From contig NC_057718.1 of NCBI RefSeq assembly GCF_004010195.1, positions 48,543,859 through 48,607,858 on the forward strand: a stretch of DNA of 64,000 bases, given 5' to 3'. Below, in pieces: positions 51,970 through 64,000 of this stretch; the first letter of the stretch is position 1; every line of letters starts with the position of its first letter. Under the pieces are notes generated by a model. It had not been told where the DNA came from, searched no databases, and worked only from the letters and a program-made list of their open reading frames with translations. Origin of the DNA: Chiloscyllium plagiosum (Eukaryota). A program made the position numbers and the translations under genes.

Positions 51970-52625
51970 TCGAGTCATGGAGTCATACAGCACAGAAACA
52001 GAGCCTTCAGCCCAACTCATCTATATTGACTGGGTTTCCTAAATGGAACTAGTTCCATTTGCCTGCATTTGGCCCATGTACATCTAAACCTTTCCTATTC
52101 ATGTACCTGTCCTAATGTCTTTTAAATGTTGTAATTATACTCACCTCCATCACTTCCTGTGGCAGCACATTCCCATATATGGACCACCTTTGGTCTGAAA
52201 AAGTTGCTCCTCAGATCTTTTTTAAATATTCCCCCTTTCATCTTAAACATATGCTTTCTGGCTTTGGACTCCCGTATCCTGGGGAAAATACCTTGGCTCT
52301 TTGCTGTATCCATGCCCCTCATGATTTTATAGACTTGCATAAGATCACCCCTCAGCTTCTGATGCTCCAGGGAAAATAGCCCAAGCCAATTCAGCCTTTC
52401 CTTATAACTCAAACCCTGTAGTCTTGGTACCGACCTTGTAAATCTTCTTTGCACCTTTTCCAGTTTAATAACATTCTTCCTGTAGCAGTGTGACCAAAAC
52501 TGAACATAATACTCTAAATGTGGCCTTACTAATGTCTTGTACAACCATAACATGACGTCCCAATTCCTCTACTCAATGCTCTCACTAAAGAAGGCAAGTG
52601 TGCCAAATGCCTTCTTCACCAGCCT
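51970..52625 (-). mobile_element. CR1 LINE 3' fragment
   Basis: ORF 52122-52553 LYKTLVRPHLEYYVQFWS...LRGDLMQVYKIMRG, plus the 3' tail. Confidence 0.92.
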
Positions 52626-53715
52626 CTTCAGTTATGACATCTCCAGAGCTGGGTGGGGGAAGATGAGCAGAGATGCTCCTGCATAGCAGAAAGTGAAGTT
52701 TTAACTGTGTGTCTTTTAAATATGCTCCCTGAAATTTGGTACCCAGAAGGTCCTGGTGGGAGATAGAACTGCTAATCACCTGTCCATAAAGTGTGGTGTT
52801 TTGCTTATTAACAGTAAGACAAGGAAACCTGCCCTACCCCTTAGTGGAAGTCACTTTTAGGATGCATTTAAATTGGTCAAAGAGTGATAGCAATAGTAAC
52901 ATAAACTGAAAGTGGCAATTTAAAGGTTTCTTTGTTCATGCTCTCGTAATTCCATGGGCTCAATACATTGTCACTGCCAACTCAAGCTAATGATATTCTA
53001 AGAGGAATTAGTTTGCAATGCTTCATTGCAACTCACCTCAGCAAGTGAGTTAGGCTCAAGCTGTAGGCAAGTGTTACTGGGAACTCGAGAAAAGAATTTC
53101 AAACACAAAAGCTGTAATGGATGTGATTTTGGGCGATTGAGCTGGGCCGAAAGGAGAGGTTTGGAATGGAATCGAGCTGGGGAAGAGTGAAGGACAAAAT
53201 CAAGCCTAAAAACACAAGTCAAATCCTTCCAAGAAAGAAAAATACAGTCCATGTTACTATTATGAACTAGAGAGCACCAATTATTTCAAACACCCATTGT
53301 ATTAAAGTGCTTTACGAAGATTAAATTTAATTTGACCTGTTCGCTTACCTAAAACTATTTGTAACATTCTAATAGCAGAATCATCATTAAACATGCTCTT
53401 GACATGCAAAACATTTGGATATGATCATAAATACAATCTTTACTATGGTTCAGGTTCACTTTGTGCGGCACACAAAATGTGTTCTTACAAGGTAATTGTA
53501 ATAAAGACGTCTTGTGTTGTTACCATGTTAATTAATGATTCCACAAAGAGTTATACATTATAAGATATGGTATCCCTATTATGGTGCTTTAATATGATGC
53601 AAATCTATTATATACATTGGAAGCATTGCTCAGAGTAGTGAAGGGTGAACTAGTAACTGTGTTGTAAAGAAGTTGGTAATTTTTAAATTTGGCCAGAATA
53701 TAAAACAGATGAAGG

Positions 53716-53815
53716 AGTGTTCTTGTGGCATAGTGGTAGAGACTATCTCTTTGGGCCAGAATTCTAAGGTTTAAGCCTCACCTGCTCCAGAAGTATGAAC
53801 AGGTTGATTAAAAAT
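53716..53815 (+). mobile_element. Short tRNA-derived SINE, decayed
   Basis: A box tggcatagtgg, B-box-like ggtttaagcc, ending tgaacaggttgattaaaaat. Confidence 0.6.
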
Positions 53816-53929
53816 GATTTAAAAAACAAATGGTTATGTAAATACCTATCTGTTAGTCCTCTCCCTATTTTTGTTTTCTTGCATCCAATCTGGTGCTGCC
53901 CATTTTATGCTGTCACCAATACCCAAGGC

Positions 53930-54183
53930 TGTTTGTTAAGTAACACACATTGGACAAGAGCCTATTTTATGATTAGGTTTAGATTAGATTAGATTAGATT
54001 AGATTACAGTGTGGAAACAGGCCCTTCGGCCCAACAAGTCCACACCGACCCGCCGAATGTTTGTTAAGTAACACACATTGGACAAGAGCCTATTTTATGA
54101 TTGTTTAGATTAGATTAGATTAGATTAGATTACAGTGTGGAAACAGGCCCTTCGGCCCAACAAGTCCACACCGACCCGCCGAA
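53930..54183. repeat. ~127-bp tandem duplication spanning a SINE 3' junction
   Basis: 53930-54057 and 54058-54183 are identical except for a 2-bp indel before the (TTAGA)n run. Confidence 0.92.
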
Positions 54184-54427
54184 GCGAAACCCACCCATAC
54201 CCCTACATTTACCCCCTAGCTAACACTACGGGCAATTTAGTATGGCCAATTCCCCTAACCTGCACATCTTTGGACTGTGGGAGGAAACCGGAGCACCCGG
54301 AGGAAACCCACGCAGACACGGGGAGAACGTGCAAACTCCACACAGTCAGTCGCCTGAGTCGGGAATTGAACCCGGGTCTCTGGTGCTGCGAGGCAGCAGT
54401 GCTAACCACTGTGCCACCGTGCCGCCC
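54105..54427 (-). mobile_element. Young full-length HE1-type SINE
   Basis: Minus strand gggcggcacggtggcacagtggttagc (A box), gggttcaattccc (B box), V-SINE-like core and (TCTAA)n tail. Many CpGs are intact. Confidence 0.93.
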
Positions 54428-56394
54428 ATAAATTGTGAAATGGGTGCAGAGAGATCCAAATTGAGAACAAAGCCCTCTGTCCCAAGAATACCTGAAACAT
54501 ATTAACTTGAAACTGGTTGACCAATTTTCAAGCATTCTGATGGCTATCTAATGGTCTCCTCCATTTGAAAATGAGAAGCTATTTGCGCACTTTAGGCCAT
54601 CTCTGAAATTCATCTGTAATGAATGGGGAAGCTGCCAAGAAAGTCTTTTTTCCCTCAGAAGTATCAGCATTGAACCAGGATGAGCAGGTGCTGTGACTCC
54701 ATAGTATTTACAATCAGTCCCCTTGCTATCCTCACACTTAGCTTAACCCAAAACCATTTCCATCAAATGAGCAGAACATATATACTTGGGAAAAGGAAAG
54801 TTCATCATCATTTTAAACTTAAAATTTGATCAACACTGCTGTAGACCAACAATGCTCTGTCGTATGAAATATATTTTTAGTTTATTAATTTATCATTGCC
54901 TTTCTACATCAAGAGAGATTCAGACAAACAGCCAAAGTCGCACACCAACATTAACAAAAGTAGCCATAGAAAACAGAGATTTGGCACTGAAAGTGAATGG
55001 GATGATAGAGAAAAGATTTGGAATAGAAACAGTGAGATTAGGACCAAGTGATATCACTGACAGAGAAAAATTCAGGAAAGTGAAAGAAGGGAACAGAGAG
55101 AGAGAGAGTGAGAGAGATTTTGGGTTAGTAAATTGAGCAAAATTGATAGGGATTGGGGAAAAACAAAGGAGACAGAAGGAGAGCAGAATTATTAAGAGTC
55201 AGAAAAATTAGGCTAGCAAGTAATAGATCAGACGACAGAGCAAGAGAGATTCAAATCATAGAAAGAGATTGCAAATGTAAAATAAAGAAATATAGGGAAC
55301 TCCAACTGTCAGAATGCAACAGAGAATCAAAACTTTTATGGGGACAGGAAGAAATTTGGTGACAGAAGTAATGGCTTAAAGTTTGCTACAATAAAACTTT
55401 GTAGGTTCCATTTGAAACAGGCTTAATGTGCTAGCTGTATTTTCCTGTCCTTCATGTTTATCCACATTTGTAATGTCCTTTTCAGCCACCAATTTAGAAT
55501 CAGTCTGACTCCTGTTCTATGCAAGTTTGGTTTTTATGCAACTATTACACTGACTTCTTGTTATTTTTATTCCTTAAATGAAATTACATTTCTAAAGTAT
55601 ATTTTGTGGAGCTCTAAATGTTGTCCAGTTTGTTACTGTCCTTCTGCAATAATATTGTCTTTATGCCAAATTGGCATTGAGTACTTTTGTTGACATTTAA
55701 AATCTGCTCGTTTAAGACTTGTTTTTAAATGTTGTTACATCTCTGACAAGTAAACAGATCTTATGCTTGAGAAAAGATTCATAAATTATTGCAAATGTTT
55801 AATCAAAAACATTAAAAAAAAGGAAAATGGAGGCTGAGAATCAGTGGGCTTTATTTATATCAGAGTCATCCTCTTTTGAGCTCTTCACAGTTGGCTACGT
55901 TAGATCTAACAGGAGTTGTAAAAGGTATGTGATTTGTGTGGCACTCCCTTCAACTCTTGAGTTCAGTCCTTACCTGTTCCAGATTGATAGAAGTTTTGGA
56001 GTCTTCCACCCAAGACCTTATTTACTGAGCCCTTGGATCTGTGTAAGAGAATCGATATTGGTCTGGATTTTAAGGGCAAGAGCACAGTACCAAAGTACTT
56101 GCTGTTTATCTTGAAGAAAGCTGCTGACCAACTCTGGTGACAATTTCAATTTTCTCAACTTGAATTTGATTTTGGAATCAATTCAAGTGAATCTCCAAAG
56201 GTCCAGCAACAGTGATGTCAGCAAACAGGGTTAGGAATCAATCACATTGAAGAATTTTCACTATTCTCAAAATCTCAAAACATTTTTTCCATCATATTAA
56301 AACCTATGGATCTTTTCAATGTATACAAATGCCTTGACTGAAAGTAATGGAGCTGTTAATGACAAAACTATTATATGGTGCTTACTTAGGAACA

Positions 56395-56730
56395 CTGATG
56401 CTCAATTCAGGTCCATTGGGATCTCATGGTTGCATCCTTATTCCAGTCTTTGTCCACATATCGACAAAACAGTTCAGCTTCCAAGATGAGGTAAGTATCA
56501 CTGCTCTTGATATTGAGGTGGCATTTGATCAAACATGGTATAGAAGTGTCTGCATAAAATCAAAATCATATTGAAAATACTTTAGTGCCTGTACATGTAC
56601 CTAGTTAAAGGGAAGATGGTTGTATTAATTGATGCTAATCAACTCAGCCTCAGGATTTCACTGCAGGACTTCCTCATGGTAATGCCTGAAGCCCGAAAAA
56701 GTTTCAACTGCTTCATCAATGACCTCCCCT
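56395..56730 (+). mobile_element. Old CR1-clade RT fragment
   Basis: TALDIEVAFDQTWY and FNCFINDLP motifs. Confidence 0.7.
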
Positions 56731-56970
56731 TTAAGAAAGGGAGAAAAACTACGTCGCCCTCCTTTGGAGGAAATGCTGCTTGATGCCAAATATTCATTGG
56801 TGAATCCAAGACCTTGCCAAACCTAGTCTTCAGTAAATCAAAAACTATCGACCATTCCTTCATATTTCGTTTGCATTAAACCCCTACTCTCTTTGGGCAG
56901 GTGGCCTCCTGTATCTGAATTCAGATGCATTCAGGTGGTAAGGGAGGAAAGCTTCAGGAAACCTCACACT

Positions 56971-58510
56971 TAGAGTCATTGAGATGTACGGCACGAAACA
57001 GACTCTTCGGTCCAACCTGTCCACGCCGACCATATATCCCAACCCAATCTAGTCCCACCTGCCAGCACCCAGCCCATGTCCCTCCAAACCCTTCCTATTC
57101 ATATACCCATCCAGATGCTTTTTAAATGTTGCAATTGTACCAGCCTCCACCACTTCCTCTGGCAGCTCATTCTATACACGTGCCACCCTCTTCATGAAAA
57201 AGTTGCCCCTTAGGTCTCTTTTATATCTTTCCCCTCTCACCCTAAACCTCTGCTCTCTAGTTCTGGATTCCCCAATCCCAGGGAAAAGACTTTGTCTATT
57301 TATCCTATCCATGCCCTTCATAATTTTGTAAACCTCTATAAGGTCACCCCTCAGCCTCCGACGCTCTAGGGAAAACAGCCCCAGCCTGTTCAGTGTTGCC
57401 CTATAGCTCAAATCCTCCAGCCCTGGCAACATTCTTGTAAATCTTTTCTGAACCCTTTCAAGTTTCACAATATCTTTCCGATAGGAAGGAGACCAGAATT
57501 GCATGCAATATTCCAANNNNNNNNNNNNNNNNNNNNNNNNNNNNNNNNNNNNNNNNNNNNNNNNNNNNNNNNNNNNNNNNNNNNNNNNNNNNNNNNNNNN
57601 NNNNNNNNNNNNNNNNNNNNNNNNNNNNNNNNNNNNNNNNNNNNNNNNNNNNNNNNNNNNNNNNNNNNNNNNNNNNNNNNNNNNNNNNNNNNNNNNNNNN
57701 NNNNNNNNNNNNNNNNNNNNNNNNNNNNNNNNNNNNNNNNNNNNNNNNNNNNNNNNNNNNNNNNNNNNNNNNNNNNNNNNNNNNNNNNNNNNNNNNNNNN
57801 NNNNNNNNNNNNNNNNNNNNNNNNNNNNNNNNNNNNNNNNNNNNNNNNNNNNNNNNNNNNNNNNNNNNNNNNNNNNNNNNNNNNNNNNNNNNNNNNNNNN
57901 NNNNNNNNNNNNNNNNNNNNNNNNNNNNNNNNNNNNNNNNNNNNNNNNNNNNNNNNNNNNNNNNNNNNNNNNNNNNNNNNNNNNNNNNNNNNNNNNNNNN
58001 NNNNNNNNNNNNNNNNNNNNNNNNNNNNNNNNNNNNNNNNNNNNNNNNNNNNNNNNNNNNNNNNNNNNNNNNNNNNNNNNNNNNNNNNNNNNNNNNNNNN
58101 NNNNNNNNNNNNNNNNNNNNNNNNNNNNNNNNNNNNNNNNNNNNNNNNNNNNNNNNNNNNNNNNNNNNNNNNNNNNNNNNNNNNNNNNNNNNNNNNNNNN
58201 NNNNNNNNNNNNNNNNNNNNNNNNNNNNNNNNNNNNNNNNNNNNNNNNNNNNNNNNNNNNNNNNNNNNNNNNNNNNNNNNNNNNNNNNNNNNNNNNNNNN
58301 NNNNNNNNNNNNNNNNNNNNNNNNNNNNNNNNNNNNNATTTTGCAAGATGTCACCATCTATTTCCCTACAATCTATATCTTCCATATCCTTTTCCACAGT
58401 AAATACTGATACAAAATATCCATTTAGTATCTCCCCCATTTTCTGTGGCTCCACACAAAGGCTGCCTTGCTGATCTTTGAGGGGCCCTATTCTCTCCCTA
58501 GTTGCCCACT
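56971..58510 (-). mobile_element. Young CR1/HER1 LINE spanning the assembly gap
   Basis: EYCMQFWSPSYRKDIVKLERVQKRFTRMLPG left of the gap; RERIGPLKDQQGSLCVEPQKMGEILNGYFVSVFT right of it, on the same strand. Confidence 0.9.
57517..58337. other. Assembly gap (821 N)
   Basis: Run of N. Confidence 1.
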
Positions 58511-59379
58511 TGTCCTCCTGCACGACTGAATCTGCATTTATACCACTGTGGGCTGGCTGAGCTTGACTGATGGGTTTGAACAGGAGAATTTTTAACAAAC
58601 AAAAGTTCTTGGGTGTGAGAACTATAAATGTTCAAACTGTATGTGCTAATTGTAAGTTGATGTCAACCTTAGGAGTTTATACCCTCAAAGCTTTAGACTG
58701 AGGCACAAAATAATAGACATCACTTTTCCCCACATCTGCATTTAAACCCTTGAACTACTGTGACTGCTGGGAATAAAGCCACAGGCAGGATCATAAATCC
58801 AATTGAGTGAACCCTATGTGGCAAACTAGAGTAAGGCAAAAGTAATAGGATTGAAATGTCAGTCTTATTGCATTGCATTTTCATACTTGAAAGAAGGAAC
58901 TGGTGGCAGAAACTTGATGGTAGAGACATTTACCTGGATGCTTTATTATAGAATATGGAGTATCAAGTAACCACAATGCAGCTGAGAAGGGATATTAAAC
59001 AACAGTGAAACGATTATCCATCTTTATTGTGGAAGGGCTGATGATTTTGACATATATGACTTGGAAACTTCTGAAAATGATGTAGTTTTGTGACCTGAGT
59101 ACAGTACTGGCTGTCTCCAACAATTTGTTTTTCTTTCGTATAAACATTAATCTTCATTCATCATGCATGAACATTAGTAGACCATTCAACCCACCTCCCC
59201 CTCTGAAAATCTGAAGTAAAACAAACAAGATATAAAATGGTTCAATGAAAAAGCATGCAGCTGGAAACATAAAGCTCATTCAATATTGAGAGCAAGGAAG
59301 ACAGAGAAAGAAAATTAAACTAAACTTTTTTTAAATTTTGTGGACTCCCTTAAGCTGCTACAGGATTTAAACAAAGAAA

Positions 59380-59712
59380 AACTTGCATTTATAGACTGAA
59401 TACCAGTCTTCTCAGAGTGCTTTATAGCCAATGAGATGCTTTTGAAGTGTGGTTACTGTTGTATAGGATATGAGGCAGTCAATTTATATACAGCAAGGTC
59501 CCACAAGTAGCAATGAGATAATGATTTTCTTTGTGTTACTGAGGAGTAAATATTGACCAGAACATCAGGAGAAACACCTCTTCTCATCTTAGAGTTTGTA
59601 CTTCCATTGAAAGGGACAGGCAGCACCAAGAGGGCGCACATAAAATCCAGCCCCACATGGAAGCTTGGATTAGAATCTGAAAACTGGAAGCAAAAATGCT
59701 ACTAACTGAACC
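59380..59712 (-). mobile_element. Old Deu-domain-type SINE (SacSINE1-like)
   Basis: aacttgcatttatag...agccaatgag...cttttgaagtgtggttactgttgta...cagcaaggtcccacaa...aatattgaccagaacatcagg. Confidence 0.65.
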
Positions 59713-59874
59713 ATATCCAACACTCAAAATCAAAATGTTAGTTTACCGTTCCAAATGATGGTCCTATCTACAGTATACTCACTGATCTCTGCTAGCTACT
59801 GTCATGTTAATTAAATTGGTTCCCACATTGTACACCAGATTTTGTTAGCTTCATATTAGGCGAAGATTAATTTT

Positions 59875-60170
59875 TTAAATCATTCATATTGACTAACCCT
59901 AGTTGCCCCTAAGAAGTGACGATGAGCAGCCTTCTTGAACCGCTGTAGTCCACCTGCTATAGGTTGACTCTCAATGCCCTTAGAGACAGAGAATTCCAGT
60001 ATTTTGACCCAGCAACAATGTAAGAATGACAATATATTTCCAAGTCAGGATGGTGAGTGGTTTGGAGGGGAACTTGCAGGTGACGGTGTTCCCATGTATT
60101 GGCTGCCTTGTCCTTCTAGATTGAAGTGGTTGGTGGGTTTGTAAGGTGCTGACAAAGGGTCTTTGGTGAA
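59875..60170 (-). mobile_element. CR1-clade LINE 3' end (different family)
   Basis: Minus strand GNTVTCKFPSKPLTILTWKYI...GLQRFKKAAHRHFLGATR-type C-terminus. Confidence 0.7.
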
Positions 60171-60174
60171 GCAT

Positions 60175-61105
60175 TCTGTTTTACTAAAGTGTGGAAAACA
60201 GAAAACTTTCCAGTCAAAACTGGATTTAGGCAAAGCTGCATTCTCTCCCCTGTCTTGTTTGTATCAAACCTTTTCCTATCTCTATCAGGAAGGACATAAG
60301 CATAAACGTGGTGATTATCCCAGGCAGTGGAGGCATTCAGGTCAAAGCCTCCCTGTACATGGATGATGCCATCATCGTCTGCTTGGGAACACTGTCGGGA
60401 TGGAGATGGGTTAGCATCTGCGACCTGTTCAAACCAGCATTCCTGCTAAATTTTGTTTTGCCTGTGCCATCCTCTGAGGTCTGCACACTACACTGTCTTC
60501 TGGAATTGGGAGTCAATGCTGCAACTGGTGCCCATATGCCGACAGATTAGCTGTATGTGCAACCATGCAGCTTACAGGGAACGTTAGTTTGAACTGACCT
60601 TGGGACCCAAGGTAAATTGAAACAAAGGCAAGATGATGCTCTTTGGGAACTGGGAAGACTGACCCTTTGTCCCTTCCACTGTCAGGTCAGATTACCTGAA
60701 GGTGTTGAGGGCTGGAGCATGCATTAAAACCTAGAAATAGGGAGTCAAACAAAAACTGAGCATGGATCCTCATTCCTATATCATGGCTTCACCTGAGCCA
60801 TCTCCCACTTCATCTGGAGAGCACAAATGGAGCATGCTGGTAAGGATCCAAAGAAGAAATCTTTAGATATAGAGGAGCTAAACATATCCAACGTTGTCCT
60901 CATCTTGATGGCTCATCAAGTTATCTGTAGACCCTGAGTACACAAACACTAAGTTTCACTTTATGCCGAGGATCTACCTATCCCTTGTGTTACAAAGGAT
61001 GTGTCCAACCACTTTGCTGAGGATTTTCCAAATGACAGTGCTGTACTACCTGCCCCTGGTGGAGAGTTTAATTCAGAAAAAACATCTTTGACCATAGGTC
61101 CATCA
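60175..61105 (+). mobile_element. Decayed Tx1/L1-clade RT remnant
   Basis: FPVKTGFRQSCILSPVLF, IPGSGGIQVKASLYMDD and LFGNWED*PFVPSTVRSDYLKVL. Confidence 0.75.
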
Positions 61106-61144
61106 GGAAGGGGTCTGCTTTGTAGTGCATCTACACTCTATAGT

Positions 61145-61872
61145 AAGCTTCCAGTTCTCTGCCATTACAATGTGCCACCATGTTCCCATCCAATGTTTCT
61201 GTCTCAGACCACTTGCAGTGCACGAGGGAAGCACAATGCAAGCTTAAAGAACAACACATCATTATTCACTTATAATCCTCAGGACTCAACACTGAGTTCA
61301 ACAGTTTTAAAGCGTGAATGCCTTCCTCCGTGTTCATGACCCACCCCACACCCCAAGATCCTGTTCTGTATTTAGAAGGATAAAGGGGAAATGTATAGAA
61401 ATGTATAAAATGATGAAGGGAATGGGCAAAACAGAAGCAGGGAGGTTGTTTCCACTGCTGGGTGAAACTAGAACTAGGGGGCATAACCTCAAAATAAGGG
61501 GGAGCAGGTTGAGTTGAGGAAGAATTTTTTCTCTCAAAGTGTTGTGAATCGCTGGAATTCCCTGCCCAGTGAAGCAGTTGAGGCTACCTCATTGAATGTT
61601 TTTAATGCAAAGATAGATAGATTTTTTTGAACTGTAAAGGAATTAAGAGATATCGTGAGCAGGTGGTTAAGTGAAGCTGTGTCCACAAAAAGATCAGCCA
61701 TGAGCTTACTGAGTAGCAGCGCATGCTCAAAGGGCCAGATGGCCTACTCCTGCTCCTGTTTCTTAGGTTCTTATGTATGTTTGCTCCCAATACAGCTTAT
61801 CCATGCTTAACTATTCTTACTCCCCATTAGCACCCCTTCAACAAGTATTTGCCTCCCATGCCTTTTTTTCAC

Positions 61873-61906
<34 letters not shown>

Positions 61907-62147
61907 GGATCTGTCTCCATCTGTTCTATTCACTGGTTCTCCACATTCCTCTCCCCGACCCTGCTTCACTATCATCGGCATAAATACCACCATTTCTCAG
62001 CTGCAGCTTTCAGATTTGATGAAGAGTCACTGGACTCAAACATACACCCTGTCTTTCCCATTACAGATACTGCCAGTCCTCCTGAGTTTCTCCAGTGCTT
62101 TCTGTTTTAGTTTGAGATCTCCAGCATCCGCAGTTCCTTATTTTATC
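61145..62147 (+). mobile_element. Penelope-like element 3' portion (GIY-YIG C-terminus and 3' region), split by a CR1
   Basis: LPVLCHYN...EAQCKLKEQHIIIHL*SSGLNTEFNSFKA* (stop at 61317) resembles Penelope endonuclease C-termini. The pyrimidine-rich 3' region has a hammerhead-like motif at 62016-62041. Confidence 0.7.
61366..61778 (+). mobile_element. CR1 LINE 3' end nested in the Penelope element
   Basis: IEMYKMMKGMGKTEAGRLFPLLGETRTRGHNLKIRG; 3' end ggcctactcctgctcctgtttcttaggttcttatg. Confidence 0.88.
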
Positions 62148-64000
62148 TTAAAATATCTATCCAGATATCACACATATAATTACATGTCTAAAAGCATCAT
62201 ATGAAATCTAATGGGAATGGAGCTACTGCTTTTAAAGAGTTCACACAGAGATGAATGACCTCCTTCTGTGTTGGATCAATCTATGAATTGTTTGGTCCAT
62301 GCAACTTAATTCCCCTCTCACCCCAACATGTGTTACATGCTGCCAAAAACAGTTTTGCTGAATATCATACTAAATAAAAGTATTGGCACAGAATTAGTTT
62401 GAGAGATAATACCGAGTCCACAGTGCCTGCCATTATTAGGACAAAAAAATCTCCAAAGGATTGTAGTGAAGGGATGACTTTGTGTTCTGCTTCTCAACAA
62501 AAATACTGTTATGTACTGCATCACTTCATTGCTTGCCTCCTAAAATTGAAACAAATTGCCATCTCACTGTGACCCTCCCCATTGTGTGCCAACACATTGT
62601 TGGATTTGCAGTATTAATATATAATAACCTTACCACAGTCATTTAGGGCTGTTAATTCATGACATGATTTATGGTTTGGATATTGCAATTAAATTTTGAG
62701 ACTCAAAAAAGGAAAATGTAAACGACAGTGTTTCAGTCACACGGGTAGTAGTGATTCTAGAGATTTTTGGAATTTTAAAATTAAAGATTTAGAAAAAAAA
62801 ATCCATTCTGTGTCATGTTTTCTTTCTGTTTTAAACATGGTTTCCTTTATTTTACTTTATGTACATGTTTTGACTGGTTTGACATGGGTATCAGATCTAC
62901 TTAGTTCTGTCTTTAAAAGAGGGATTTAGAGTCCTTTGGGATTTATTGAAAGGTTTACTGCTGATGGTGGATTAGCTCCATGTGTGACGCCAATCTGACA
63001 CGATGGGCTGGAGGTTGTTGATAAAATAGCAGCACATGAATGACGCACTGTTAATTATGTATAAATCAACCAACAACTTCATGGGATCAAGAGACATAGA
63101 TATACCTGGAACTTCCTGGTTGATTTACATCACTCTCCACTTTGCTACTGCTATTTGCTTTGCACAAAGAACAACTCACTCTTGAATACTGGATTTTCAA
63201 GTTAGTTATTCATTAAACTCATCAGAATGTTAGTTTTGATAAATAATAATGTAGCTATGCTATCAATTGCATGATAATTTCAGACGATCAGCCTCTCTGT
63301 GAGAATGTACAATTTCAAACATAAGATCTCTTTTTTTCCTTTTATTCAAATGGGAACAATGATTTCTCTTATTAACAATCTAGTCTGTAGTTGCACTTCT
63401 GCTTCTCAATGGCCGACAAATGTCCTTGATCTAAATTTCAGGCTCCTTCCTTTAACAGCATAGTGGCTGGGAACCCAGTGATATGGTTCAAAACTTTAAA
63501 ATTCTCAAATCCATTTTTTTCTTTACTTGGCTTGCTTTTTTTCTTTGTCTCAATCTAATTTTATTCCTTCCTTTTATTTCTCTTCCTTTATCGGATATGA
63601 CATCACACCTAACAGTCCATCTTTAGTTCATTCTCAATCCTTCAATCTCATGAGGCTCCAGATGTTCCTAAGTGCTTTGAGATGAAGAATGTTAAAGAAA
63701 TCTAACAAATGGTGTGTACCATGAGAGACCTGTTCTTGCAAGCTCCAGCCCAATGTAACTGATTGAAATTGTTAAGCTCAACCAGAGATGGAAATACATG
63801 TTGCAATTACAATTTTAATGTGCAACTGGATGAAATATTCCCACTTGTATCACACAGTTATCTAATCAGATTTTTGGTAGGTTTCTCACTGGGAGCAATA
63901 AAATAAGGGTCTGAAATTAAGCTCAAAGACATTTGGTGGTTGGTGAGGAGCAAAAGTTCTAATTTACCTTTTACATCAAGGCATTGACTAAACTGCTATA

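Noticed and set aside
53986..54132. (TTAGA)n as telomeric or CRISPR-like repeats
   Set aside because: It is the SINE 3' tail microsatellite: not TTAGGG, and without spacers.
54340..54427. tRNA gene
   Set aside because: The A and B boxes belong to the SINE head, which continues into SINE body and tail.
54960..55360. Purine-rich ORFs 54786-55136 and 55153-55362
   Set aside because: Low-complexity GA-rich sequence with no protein family signature.
57458..58598. Four long ORFs (299-377 aa)
   Set aside because: Artefacts of translating the N gap; the flanks are CR1.

Overview
Vertebrate genomic DNA, most likely from a shark (inferred from HE1-type SINEs and HER1/CR1 LINEs). The window holds one protein-coding gene, the four-exon homeobox gene HLX (+ strand, CDS 13691-16447, 380 aa predicted). 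HLX sits in a ~22 kb AT-rich but CpG-retaining, largely LINE-free domain (~7150-29750) that contains several enhancer-like blocks. The flanks are CpG-depleted and filled with decayed transposons: CR1 LINEs, one near-full-length L1 inside an LTR, Tx1, Gypsy and Penelope remnants, and tRNA-derived SINEs. An 821-N assembly gap lies at 57517-58337. I cannot demonstrate a new biological system. The most unusual signals are (i) five Penelope-derived elements of three sequence families carrying minimal hammerhead-ribozyme-like motifs, four of them fold-back palindromes; (ii) a local inverted copy of an internally deleted CR1 segment; (iii) a Tx1 LINE 3' end inserted just upstream of the HLX promoter; and (iv) candidate ETS/MEF2 and Pbx-Hox/Meis enhancers. 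Repeat family names come from pattern recognition, not database searches, and repeat boundaries are approximate.
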